Shown here piece by piece: positions 25,001-36,721 of a stretch of 60,177 nt of DNA. The DNA is from Octopus bimaculoides (Eukaryota), in NCBI RefSeq assembly GCF_001194135.2, contig NC_068992.1, positions 56,051,591 through 56,111,767 on the forward strand, written 5' to 3'. The notes under the pieces are model-generated. The model ran no database searches and was not told where the DNA came from. It saw nothing but the letters and a program-made list of their open reading frames with translations. Both the position numbers and the translations under genes were made by a program. The stretch's first letter is position 1; each line of letters begins with the position of its first letter.

Positions 25001-25245
25001 TTTATTGATTGAAATATGTTTTTTCTATTAAATAGAAAATCAAAGAACTTTTCATTTTCTATACGTTTTCTATGATATTTCCCAGTCAGAATCATCAAGA
25101 CAAATGCCAAAATGACAGAGAGAGGTTTACTGTACTGGGTAACTTATAAAGATTTATGCATACAGAATATTAAAGAAATTTTTTACCAAAACTCTCAAAC
25201 TTTCATAATTATGAATTTTTTGGTTCACATATATAATGGACATCT

Positions 25246-25640
25246 TACAGGGTGCGTAAGGTATTTGAGGACATACCTTTTCTTGGGTCATTGTTGCATT
25301 TTTTGCTAACTCTGTATACTCTTTGTTCCAGAAAATAATAATGGCAGACTATCAGCTTACTCAAGAAATGAAGAGGCATGCTGTTATTGTGATTATAAAG
25401 GCTGAGCATAGCAATTTAGAAATATCTCGATTTTTAAAAGTTGTCAGATCTTTTGTCTACAAAGTTTGAAAAGAGCTAGAGACTGAAGATGGAAATGTAT
25501 CACCAGTATCAAAGCAGAAAAAGCATTCTAAACACTCTTAAATCATCAGAACACCTGAATTTATCCAGCAAGTTTAACAGACTATTGATTACAATCCCAG
25601 AAAGTCCATGAGGTCATTTGCAACAGGTCGCCATGTGTCA
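25246..25640 (+). mobile_element. maT/Tc1-mariner element 5' end
   Basis: TA|CAGGGTG terminus at 25246; ATG at 25341: MADYQLTQEMKRHAVIV..NLEISRFLKV..IRTPEFIQQV..NPRKSMR (HTH region), with stops. Confidence 0.8.
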
Positions 25641-25749
25641 AGATCAACAGGAAGCAGTCCAGCTTCCTAGGGCTAAATAGCAGCAGCATGATTCCCTTTA
25701 TGGGTCTGTCACATTAATTTGACAGTAAGCAACTGCTTTATCATAACAC

Positions 25750-27455
25750 TGCTGCTTATGTCTCTCTGTGAGATTTATAATTAGATCATTTCTAATTTTG
25801 TTACCAGTGAATGTGTTTTCACTGAAAATATATATATTTGTGGAGGCTAGGCATGCTTTTTCAGCCAGCCGGTCTTTTTTTCCTTGTGCTAGAGAGAAAA
25901 TTTTGATTGTTGAATCAACATTTTTCTTGCTGCTACTGTGTGAGTTTGTTTCCGTTCTTGTCTTTAGTGTATTTGAACTGTAGTTTTGTTAACTGTTTAT
26001 ATAAGTTATTTTCGCCCTACGGGGCTGAAAATTTCCTGTAAAATTTTTTTCTTGTCTTTATGACGAGAATGGCTTCCAAATTGTCATCTGAAAGCAACCT
26101 TCCCATGGAGGGAGAACGTAATCAAAAAGAAAAACCAAGTTTCTCACAAGCCGTAGGAGGAAATACTATTGAGTTGAAAGTGGCTAAGGAAAATCTATAT
26201 GCGTTTAGAAAGTATATTCAGAAGGTGGATGGTAAAACAAAGCCGATTCCAACCCCTAAGACAGTCAACACATTAAAAGAAAAAATTGTGGTGTATAAAG
26301 TCTATAATGTCAAGGAGAGAAAAATCGCAGAGGTTTGTAATGAACTTATAGAGATGTGTTTGGCACCAATTTGGCCAAAAATTCGCCACGTCAGCTGGGG
26401 TATTAGAAGTGCAACAATTGAAATTCACTTCGACTCGGCTGAAGTGGCGAGAGAAGTTTCAACAGAACCTTTGAAAAATGAAGCAATTATGCTGCTGCCC
26501 ACTTACATGGGAAAAAGAATGGCACGAGCAACAGTGGAGGATATTCCAGTTGGATACGACGTGATGTGGGCAACAGCAGCCGTAATTTTCGATGTTGATG
26601 AGAATATCAACATTCTGAGCATGAGGAGAAAAGAAGCAACTAATTGGCGAGGACAGACGCTTGAAATGGTAGTCCAAGCGGAAGATAATATGTTAGAAAA
26701 ATTTGCTCAACAGGGTGTTTGTGGGGGAGGGGCATACCATTCGCGTGTCAGTGGAGGGACATCGACCCAGATGTTTTAAGTGTGGACAAAAGGGTTACGT
26801 TCGCTCGACCTGCATAAAAAAGCAAAACACCGCTAACGCAAGTGACACCCCTCCTTCAAAAGCGGACGAACAAAAAAACAACAACAGTCACTGTGGCAGC
26901 CGAAGGTAAAAAGACTGAAGGGAAAAAAAAAGAACAAGAAAATGTGAGGATGACTGGGAAAATAGTTGGCAAGGAAGAAAGTGAACCAACAGAAATGGAA
27001 TTCACAACAGTCTCAAATAAAAGGAAGAAACAACATATATAACATGCCCCTACCCCCTTCTGATTCCTCAGATATTTCGTCTGAAGACCAAAGTAGCGAA
27101 GAATGGCAAATAGCCAGGAAAGGAAGGAGGAAAAAGGGAAAAAAGATCAAAGACAAACACAAACAAAGCAGGGAGATTCACATCTCCCGAAAATACTTCC
27201 AACTCCAACAGGATCGACACAAATAATAACATACCAAAAACAATGCTCACAGCAATAGACACTACAAACACAGAGTTGATGAAATACACCAACTCAAAAA
27301 CAAACATTACAAATAACGACATTAAAACAAACAATCACCCACACACAACACCGCCAAAACACATAAAAATATATCATATAACACCAGCATTGCACCACAA
27401 AATAAAATCCCTCTACCCCTCTACACGGATCACAAACTTGTGACGTGTACGCTAG
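25750..27455 (+). mobile_element. Tx1/L1-like LINE: ORF1 plus a remnant of the endonuclease
   Basis: 239-aa ORF at 26060, +1 shift to RVSVEGHRPRCFKCGQKGYVRSTC (degenerate CCHC), K/E-rich tail, then YTDHKLVTCTLDL (APE SDH-like motif) at ~27421. Confidence 0.7.
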
Positions 27456-27480
27456 ACTTAGTGCTTCTTTTCCACAAAAT

Positions 27481-27561
27481 AATCTCTGTGAATCTAATGA
27501 AACACCTCACAATATGCCTCAAATCTCTGTGAATCTAATGAAAACACCTCACAATATGCCT
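27481..27561 (+). repeat. Direct repeat, 2 x ~39 bp
   Basis: AATCTCTGTGAATCTAATGAAA(A)CACCTCACAATATGCCT twice, at the LINE/hAT junction. Confidence 0.9.
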
Positions 27562-27599
27562 TCTTTCACCAAGAAGTAGTTTGGTCAGTCATTCGGTCT

Positions 27600-28380
27600 T
27601 AAATACTTAAGGTTGAATTGAGTGGATATGTGTTGGTTTAAAACCATTTTCCTTTACTGAAGACCCACTGACTCATAAGTACATAAACTTTGGAAGTATG
27701 ACAAATGTAAGCTTATAGAAATACATGGAGAAACTTACTCAAGAAGAGGAAAAGAAAATATCTGATGAACTTCCAAGTAAATTATCCTTGGACTTAGGGT
27801 TCAATGTATTTCATTGGGCTTTTTGCATCTTATTCATGCAATTATCAAAATGACTATTGTACTGTTTTACTGGCATTTTCGCCATTGGTAAGTGAAACAT
27901 CATTCACTGCTTCTGATTATGTCGAACTTATAGAGTAGGGGTTAAGTGTTTGTAAGAAAAATTTAGAAAATGTGTAGCTATTACTGGAGATAATACTGAA
28001 GTGAACAAGTCTATAGCGAATTTGTGTGGAATACCATTGATTGGATGTGCCTCTCATAAATTTTGCCAATCTTGACAAGCAGGAAGTTCTGCTTAATAAA
28101 ATTAATATGTTGATGGGTAAGCTAAAATCATTAAAACTTACTGGTAAACTTCAGAAAAAACGTCTTTGCAACCTATACAAAGAAATAAAACCCGTTGGTC
28201 CAGTACTTATGACATGATTGAGAGGTACATCCAACTCAAGATGTTTTTAGACTTTTCAAGGCGATTCAAAGCAGTAGATTATCTGTTGACTCCATGCGAT
28301 CATAATGATCTGCAGACTCTAAAAGACAATTTAGGCAAGTTACGCTCAGTAACATTTTAATTAGAACATTTTAATTGTGC
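27600..28380 (+). mobile_element. Decayed hAT transposase
   Basis: WICVGLKPFSFTEDPLTHKY..KYMEKLT..KISDELP; GDNTEVNKSIANLCGIPLIGCASHKF; RNKTRWSSTYDMIERY. Confidence 0.88.
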
Positions 28381-28894
28381 TACTTGTTTGAGAAACTATT
28401 CTCCTGCCCCATCATAAATATTCTTTAATGACAAATAAGACAAAGACAACATTATTTCTACCAAAAAATTTTCTTCAAAATAACATAATACCAGCTCAGC
28501 CAAAGCAATATTCAACATTATAACGAAAGCACAATATACAAACAGTATTCCACACCAACAAGACTACTGTATGCAAAATCTGCTAAGCCAGTCAACACTA
28601 TAAGACGGAAGCATAAAACAACAGTATCCCATACCATCAGATACCATTGCATCTAGCATTTACTCAGCTAGTCTATACCATAACAAAGGACAAAGCACAA
28701 AATACAACAGCATCCCATACCATCAGANNNNNNNNNNNNNNNNNNNNNNNNNNNNNNNNNNNNNNNNNNNNNNNNNNNNNNNNNNNNNNNNNNNNNNNNN
28801 NNNNNNNNNNNNNNNNNNNNNNNNNNNCAAAGCACAAAATACAACAGCATCCCATACCATCAGAACCATTGCATCTACTATTTTCTCATCTAGA

Positions 28895-29150
28895 TAAGAT
28901 GTAGAGTTGAAGGCAAGTCAAGGACGGTGCATGATATTTAAAAACCAGAGAAGTTATCACTTCCTTAAGAAGCAAAGTGAAAGTGCATCAGTTGAACATG
29001 CAGCAGTGGAATTTCCTGCAACATTGAAGATCAACAAAAACGGGATTCTTCCCAAGCAAATATTCGACGTAGATGAGACTGGATTATTCTGGAAGAAATT
29101 GTTGATTGGCTCAGCAACTAGCTGGCCCTGTGCCATCAAAAAATGACAGC
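28895..29150 (+). mobile_element. Tigger/pogo transposase fragment
   Basis: KASQG..ESASV..AAVEFPATL..ILPKQIFDVDETGLFWKK. Confidence 0.85.
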
Positions 29151-29439
29151 TAATTGTGATATTTTGAATATAAAAAATGGTACAAAACCAAAGCACAAAA
29201 TACAACGGTATCCCATACCATCAGAACCACTGCATGTGGTATCTGCTGTGCCAGTGCAATAGTCAACATTACAACAAAAGAAAGCTGAAAATATTGGAAT
29301 GGCTCAATTTTGTTCCTGTTTTTCTTTCACATGTGCCTACTCATTAGATACCTCACACACTAACAGTGATGTGAACTTTTTGCAAGACAGGCTGCAATTT
29401 GTGTGTTTGGGATCATCCTGAAAATGGGGAGGCAAAAAA

Positions 29440-30110
29440 CAAACATTCTAGATTAGTCCAGGTTTCCTTATTTCAAGAAAGACAAGAAAGCAGTAAAAAC
29501 TTGTAGGAAAGTATGTCCTCTCTGTGTATGTGTGTGGAGAGGATGGTCTTACAGAACATGTGCACCAGATGTGCTTTACAAGATTTTGATCAGGAAATCT
29601 TTTCATTGAAGACACACCTTGCTCTGGCAGGCCGACTGAGATAACAGTGACAGAGAAGAGATTAACAGTGAAGGAGTTAAAGAAGACAAACCACCTTATA
29701 TAGCCAGGATGATAACATTTTCCAAATAACCAATCTAACTATTGAAAACCATCTGCATTAATTTGTTTTTGTCAACAGGCTCCCTTTTGGTCTCACATCA
29801 AATGAATCATCTGTAACTATTTTTTTTTTCTTCACAAGAATGCTGACAGGGCACCAAAACAGATTGTCTATATCAAAGTGCAAACGAACATTACGATGGG
29901 GGGAGCACAGCGAACCACCGCAAACAACCTCCAAAGCTGTACTTCACTGAGAGGAGGTTATTCTTTCAATTTTGTGGGATTGAGAACATTGTCATCTTTT
30001 ACATGGTTCATTCCACAAATAGCACCATCAGTTTGGATGTGTACTGCAACCAAAAGCATCAGGGTGAAAAAAAAGTATGGAAAACAAAATTTTGAGGCAG
30101 AAAATAATAA
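29440..30110 (+). mobile_element. Decayed mariner transposase
   Basis: LYFKKDKKAVKTCRKVC..IEDTPCSGRPTE..TIENHLH; heavily frameshifted. Confidence 0.7.
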
Positions 30111-30752
30111 ATAGTGGTTAAACTGGGGAGAAAAAAAAATATTTTAAGCTGGCAGTGGGGTGGGGACAAAAATATATTAAAAAAAAAAAAAAAAAANNNN
30201 NNNNNNNNNNNNNNNNNNNNNNNNNNNNNNNNNNNNNNNNNNNNNNNNNNNNNNNNNNNNNNNNNNNNNNNNNNNNNNNNNNNNNNNNNNNNNNNNNNNN
30301 NNNNNNNNNNNNNNNNNNNNNNNNNNNNNNNNNNNNNNNNNNNNNNNNNNNNNNNNNNNNNNNNNNNNNNNNNNNNNNNNNNNNNNNNNNNNNNNNNNNN
30401 NNNNNNNNNNNNNNNNNNNNNNNNNNNNNNNNNNNNNNNNNNNNNNNNNNNNNNNNNNNNNNNNNNNNNNNNNNNNNNNNNNNNNNNNNNNNNNNNNNNN
30501 NNNNNNNNNNNNNNNNNNNNNNNNNNNNNNNNNNNNNNNNNNNNNNNNNNNNNNNNNNNNNNNNNNNNNNNNNNNNNNNNNNNNNNNNNNNNNNNNNNNN
30601 NNNNNNNNNNNNNNNNNNNNNNNNNNNNNNNNNNNNNNNNNNNNNNNNNNNNNNNNNNNNNNNNNNNNNNNNNNNNNNNNNNNNNNNNNNNNNNNNNNNN
30701 NNNNNNNNNNNNNNNNNNNNNNNNNNNNNNNNNNNNNNNNNNNNNNNNNNNN

Positions 30753-30788
<36 letters not shown>

Positions 30789-31890
30789 TATTTTTGTAGG
30801 AATAAATTCTGAAACTCTGTTGTGCTGCATCCAGGATGGAAGCCACACTTGTTCAGTTAGCTTGGGCTCAATTTCCCTATATCTCTTTCCCAGACACCAA
30901 GCATTGACTTTTCCAGGATGGCTCAACAAAGAGACTCCTCAATAATTAGAGCATGCCCCCTTAGTTTCCATTTTTAAAGATTCGGATTATCACTGCAGAT
31001 TGCCACTGTTCTGGTGACTTTTCAAAGGTCCAAGCTACCTGGCATAGTGGAGGCAAGTAGCTTAGTGGTTAGGGTGTTGGAATCATGATTAAGATTGTGG
31101 TGGTTTTCATCCAAGGACTGGGCAACACGCGTTCTTGAGCAAAAACACGTTACTCCAGTCTACTCAGCTGGCTAAAGTGAGTTATCTTGTGATGGACCAG
31201 TGTCCTGTCCAGGTGGGAATATGTACACCATGAAACCGGCCCTTAAGAATTGGTATGATTCGAGAAGGTAACTTTTAAGTTTACCTGGCATATGCATTAA
31301 CCAGAGAATAACCAAGGAACAGACCAAGAACAAGATAGTTCGATAATAATCTATAGTTTCATTTGACCATGCTCGGGAATACAGGTGGAAAGTAACGGTA
31401 GCTGTGGAAGAGGTGCCTGGGTATCTTACTGCCATGACCTTTCGAGGAATAGTGGACAGACAAAATGGATGGATGGAATACTAAATCAGTATTTTTTTTA
31501 ATCCATAGGGAAGAAGAGACTAGAGAATTGAAGAGGAGAGGGGGTTATTGAAGAGCAAGCGAGGGGAGAGACAAATTGCTGAGTTTAATTAAAGATGAAA
31601 TGGTTTCAAAACTTGTCCAATAGCGTGGCCAAAATAAATTTGTTTTCTCATTAACAAAGAAAGGTGAGAGGAAAAAAATAAATAAAATTTTTGTGTGTGT
31701 GTGTGTAGGCATTTTGACAGTTTGAGAAACATTGCTCATAACAGGCTAAGTTAGTTGTGGTCTTTAACCAGGATTAAAACAAATTGAAGAAAAATAAATT
31801 ATATTCATCTTATTAAATAACACATTATTCAATATTAATAAAAAAATCCCAATAAATAAATGAAATTAAATAAAATCTCAATATTTACAA

Positions 31891-33175
31891 TCATTTCCGT
31901 TGGAAAAAAACTTCCAGTGTTTTCATGTTGGGATTGCTTTTAGGCTTTTTCTCTTTATTCCTAGCAGTTTGTATTTTCCTCTTTTGTGTTGGATTTGATG
32001 TTCTGTGATTTGGATTCCCACGAGTCATATTTCTGTCAACAGTTCTCTGTAGCTGCTGAGCAAAATGATAATCTTTGTGTTCCAGCAGGTCCCAAACAAG
32101 GATTTTCTTCATGCAGTCTTGACATTCTACATAATCCATCTCATCTCTTCTATCAGAATGCAATGAATAATCTGTAGAATGGCAAGAATCAATTGAGTCC
32201 TCATTAAAGACAGTCTGTTTGTCAAATGACAGCTTTTGAGAACAGGTTGACTTTTCCTGATAGGGAACAGATACAGTATCACTTCTTAAGCTCTCAGATG
32301 CATAAACTTCCTTGTCTTTCTCCTCCTCCTCCTCCTCATCAGTTACATAAATTACAGATACCTCATCTCCAGTAACATTACAAGTACCAGGAGCAGCAAT
32401 ACCATCTGAGGAATCACAAGATTTCAATGCAAAGTCTTCATTATAAACATCTGTATTTGAAGAATTTGAAATGTCTTCTGTGGTGGAAATGTTATCAAAT
32501 TGAGTTGGAAATGAATTTTCAAAAACTCGTCCTTGGTGTCCAGGCTGGAGTAATTTTCCTTCACCAGTAAATGAACTGACCGGTTTTACTGAATAGTCTT
32601 TTAATTTTTGTATCTCAGTTTGTTTCATTGCAAAGAAGCTACTCGTGTGTTCACTTTCAGCCTCATCTCTCTCACTGGAAATTCCATTGGCATCAGGTGA
32701 AGAACCACTAGGTTTTAAAACTCCACTAAAAGATTTAGAAAAAGAATTTTCCAAAACTTTCCGTGAAAAGAAACCTTCAATTGTATCTTTATTAAGTCTA
32801 TTATTATCATTATCAGCATTCACAGGAAGCTCTGAGATGGTACTTGAACAATTTATTTGTCTTTGGTTTGAAGATGATGGCTCAATTTGTGAAACTTCAA
32901 TGCTCTTTAAATATGATGTTAAAGTGTTATTCTGTGATATAAGAGACTGCTTCTTGATAGATTTTGAGTTGGAGGTCTTAAGCATCTTTTGGCTAAAGCC
33001 GTCAGTTTCTGTCTGTTGGTTTAGTAAGTTAATGCCGTTGGCCACGAAGGATGACCTCACAGCTTGAGTATTGCTTATTTGTTTTTTAATGAGAGCAGAA
33101 ATACTGCCAGTCTGAACAGAAGGAATATCGACAAATTTTCCTACTGAAATACTAAGCATCAGAATTGGAGGTGAC
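31891..33175 (-). CDS. POLH: POLH terminal exon (disordered tail, UBZ finger, NLS, PIP box)
   Basis: atcag|(W)SPPILMLSISVGKF...; UBZ YVECQDCMKKILVWDLLEHKDYHFAQQLQ; basic KRKIQ..KEKKPK; C-terminal PIP MKTLEVFF; TGA at 31891-31893. Confidence 0.96.
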
Positions 33176-33567
33176 CTGATAATGAAATGAAACAAANNNN
33201 NNNNNNAAAAAAAAGAAAAAAAAAAAAGGGATATCTTTAGAAGTAAAAATGATTGAGTTTATATTCAACAGCATAAATTTCAAGGTGTCAACAATATGGA
33301 CAAAGAGGGAAGGCACATGAGAAAGGTATAAATGGCATACAATCTCATTCTATCTTGTCTTATAAATAAGAGGGGTTTTGTCTATGTAAGGACTGAATAT
33401 TGTCACAGAAATAGGATAGAAATTCTAAGCCACATTTGTGTTATAAGTTATTTCATTATCATTTATCTTTTTCTTTTTTTCCCCCTAGCCCTGTCCTGCT
33501 CAAAAACACTTGTTATTTATACCCAGCCTTGAAGGGTTAAATGAGAAACAAAAATCATGTCACTTAC

Positions 33568-33746
33568 CATGATGCTTGATGTGGAGGGCTTAGATTGAAT
33601 TGTTGCAGCAGAGAAAACGCACAATTAGCAATTTTCTCAGCACTGTATTGCACAACTGCTGTTGTACGACTGCTTGATTGAATTGTTTGATTAACGGGAC
33701 TTTGGAATCGAAGACTGGTAATCATTGATGTTGCAGTTCGTTTATT
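33568..33746 (-). CDS. POLH: POLH coding exon 9
   Basis: tttag|NKRTATSMITSLRFQ...YSAEKIANCAFSLLQQFNLSPPHQAS+TG|gtaagt, 179 nt. Confidence 0.93.
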
Positions 33747-33872
33747 CTAAAAACATTGAAAAATTAACATTGAAAAATGAAACTAATTTATTTTATTCAG
33801 ACTTAATTTGTTTAATGCATCCCAGTTTTTTGAAAACCGTACAATGTGTCTCTGTCTGTTGTGAAATGGTAT

Positions 33873-34875
33873 GGCACGGCTGTGTGGTAAGAGGCTTGCT
33901 ACCAAACCACATGGTTCAGTGTTCAGTCACACTGCATGATATCTTGGGTAAGTGTTTACTATAGCCTCAGGCTCACCAAAGCCCTGAGTGGATTTGGTAG
34001 GCGGAAACTGAAAGAAGCCCATCATGTATATGTGTGCGTATGTGTGTCCGTTTGTCCCCCCACCCAACCATTATCGGTTGACAACTGATGTTGGTGTGTT
34101 TACGTCATTAAATGATGATGATGAATTTGTCAGACAATTTCAGGATGAACTTACATTTTCTTTATCTTTAATTAGCCTTTCTTCAACTTCTGTAGCCAGT
34201 TGTTTCAACCAATGTTTCACCTGGAATAAACGAACAGAAGAAAAAAAAAAAAGTAAAAATCTCAGAGTCCACATTCTGCTTCATAAAACAAACTTTACAT
34301 ATTCTACATTATATCTCGTATCTTACTTGTTTCAGTCATTGCACTGTGGTCATGCTGGGGCACCACCTTGAAAAATTCTTAGTCGAATGAATTATCCCCA
34401 GTACTTATTTATTTTAAAGCCTAGTACTTATTCTGTCAGGGTCTCTTGCTGAACTGCTAAGTTACAAGGACATAAACACACCAACACCGGTTGTCAAGCA
34501 ATGGAGGGGGACAAACAGAAACAAAGTCGCATACACGCACATACATATATACAACGGTTTTCTTTCAGTTTCCACCGACCAAATCCACAGTAGTGCCTCA
34601 GCCTAACCAAAGCCTTGTGAGTGGTAGATGGAAACTGAAAGAAGCCAGTCGTATATATGTATATATGTGTGCCTTTGTGTCCGTCCCCTCACCATCTCTT
34701 GACAATTGATGCTGGTGTGTTTACGCCCCTGTAACTTAGCGGTTCGGTAAAAGAGACTGATAGAATAAGTACTAGGCTTACAAAGAATGTCCCCGTGGTT
34801 GGTTCTTTCAACTAAAACCCTTTAAGGCAGTGCTCCAACATAGCCACAGTCAATGACAAACAAGAATAAAAGAAT
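33873..34875. mobile_element. Three SINE family A copies in +/-/+ orientation around POLH exon 8
   Basis: + copy ~33873-34106, - copy ~34322-34590, + copy ~34600-34875. Confidence 0.85.
34155..34220 (-). CDS. POLH: POLH coding exon 8 (66 nt, phase 0/0)
   Basis: tccag|VKHWLKQLATEVEERLIKDKEN|gtaagt; cf. human VQWWLLQLAQELEERLTKDRND. Confidence 0.96.
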
Positions 34876-34973
34876 TACTTTTATTTTAACCATTTATCTA
34901 TTCCTCTACCTGTCTAGTCATTAAATGATTTATATGTTCACACACACGAATTTCTCAATATAAAATGTCTTAC

Positions 34974-35097
34974 CTTGTCTCTTGTGTCTAAAGCAGATTT
35001 ACCTAGAAAGTTCTTGCTGCATCCTATTGATTTTGGAACTTGTCTTGCTGTCACTGTTTCATTATCAAATCCTCGACAAAGCGCGTGAAGCCAGGTT
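34974..35097 (-). CDS. POLH: POLH coding exon 7
   Basis: tttag|(G)TWLHALCRGFDNETVTARQVPKSIGCSKNFLGKSALDTRDK|gtaaga, 124 nt; KSIGCSKNF little-finger strand. Confidence 0.97.
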
Positions 35098-36103
35098 CTA
35101 AAATAAACAAATTTTTCTTTGGTGGTCATTCAATTTAACACAGATTGTAGCTCAAAGCCAATCTAACAACTACGTTATTTCTAGAAACTTCCTACAAAGT
35201 CAATCTATCAAGTGTGTACATGTGCACACGAGTTCATATTTTTTGTCTTTAAAATGTTCACTGATTGTTAACCATGGTCTCACAAGTCAAACAAACAACG
35301 CCATTTGTTTGCAGTCCACTACAAAAGAACATCCATGATCAACATGGGATTTTTCTAGAAAGGCTTGTTCATGAAGTGATGTTTCCAATTTACTGTATAA
35401 CTATGTCTAGGTTGTCTGTTGTTCAATAAGCAAGATCATTACTTTATTTTGAAACCGGTGGAGGTTGGCATCAGGAAGGACACCAAGAAGAGAAGGCTCT
35501 ACCCCAACGCAAGCTCATCTGATCCCTGCAGCAATGGAAAAGTAGATGCACCAATGATGATGATTTTTAGCTTATATCTCCAGCAGCTAATTGAAGTATG
35601 GCACAAAGCCAAATGAGATTAATGCATTACATCCTTGTAAACTTAGCAGTTTGGTAAAAAATAAGTACTGGGGTCAATTCGTTCGACTAAAAGTTCTTCA
35701 AGGCAGTGCCCCAGCATGGCCGCAGTCTAATGACTGAAACAAGAAAAAGATATCTATACACACACTACTGTGTACGTGTCTGATTTCTTGTCTTTACATG
35801 CTTGCTTCTGTAAACAAAACAGCCTTGCTTCCCAACCACAACATGGTTTCGAGTTCAAACCTGCTGCATAGAATCTTGGGTAGACCAAAACCTGGTGAGT
35901 GCATACATGCATGTGTCTTCCTGTCTTGGCATTCCGTATTAGTTGTAAATGAGTGTCACTGTCACACAAGCAGTATCGTCCATTTCCAGTATTCTACAAA
36001 GAAATGTCTGGCCATGGGGAAATATTAGTTAGCTTGGAAATAGGCGAGAGTCGGCAACAAGAAGGGCTAAGATGGTGTCTATGAATATCAAAAGGTTTCT
36101 TAC

Positions 36104-36223
36104 CCCGTTTTACTTCCATAAATGTCTATCAGGTGTTCTTTGGAGAACTGCCATAAATCAGACATCATTTCTATTCCATGGTCACGTTTTAAGTCATCAC
36201 CAAATTTACCGCCAAGGTTACGG
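36104..36223 (-). CDS. POLH: POLH coding exon 6
   Basis: tgcag|(V)RNLGGKFGDDLKRDHGIEMMSDLWQFSKEHLIDIYGSKT+GG|gtaaga, 120 nt; thumb HhH LGGK motif. Confidence 0.96.
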
Positions 36224-36617
36224 CTGCAAAAAGAAAACCCAGGAAAAAAAAATATCAGAAAGTGTAGGAGTAGGGGGAGAGAGAAGCTACAGACCTATTC
36301 ACAAAGATACCAACTGTGTTATCTTTAGAGACTGACATAGCAGAATATCAAAACTTGTATTTGGCTGGTATTCGTTTTTATCAACCGTAATTAATATTCT
36401 TTTCTACTCTAGGTACAAGTCCCCCTAATGAATATTGACTGAATATTTACCCAAATATTGATGGCATAACAAGTTTAGATCGAATTAAATGGAATTAATA
36501 TAATAACTCGACTGGTAACTTATTTCATCAACCCCCAAAGAGAGGAAAAGCAAAATCAAACTCTGTGAGATCCGAACTCAAATATTATAACAAATGAAAT
36601 CAAAAGAGATGCCTTAC

Positions 36618-36721
36618 ACTTTGCTTATCGGCATTGTTTTGAAAAGTTCTTCAACAGCTGAATGTGGCAGAACTGTCTGTTGATTTGGTTTATGAAGACC
36701 AGCTGCTAATTTAGACAACAT
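36618..36721 (-). CDS. POLH: POLH coding exon 5
   Basis: atcag|MLSKLAAGLHKPNQQTVLPHSAVEELFKTMPISK+GT|gtaagg, 104 nt. Confidence 0.97.

Noticed and set aside
26690-26712. Programmed ribosomal frameshift in the LINE ORF1
   Set aside because: It needs a +1 shift with no canonical slippery context; a single T insertion in a decayed copy explains it.
31790-31890. AU-rich elements in the POLH 3'UTR
   Set aside because: ATTTA motifs are expected by chance in such AT-rich DNA and the 3' end is not mapped.
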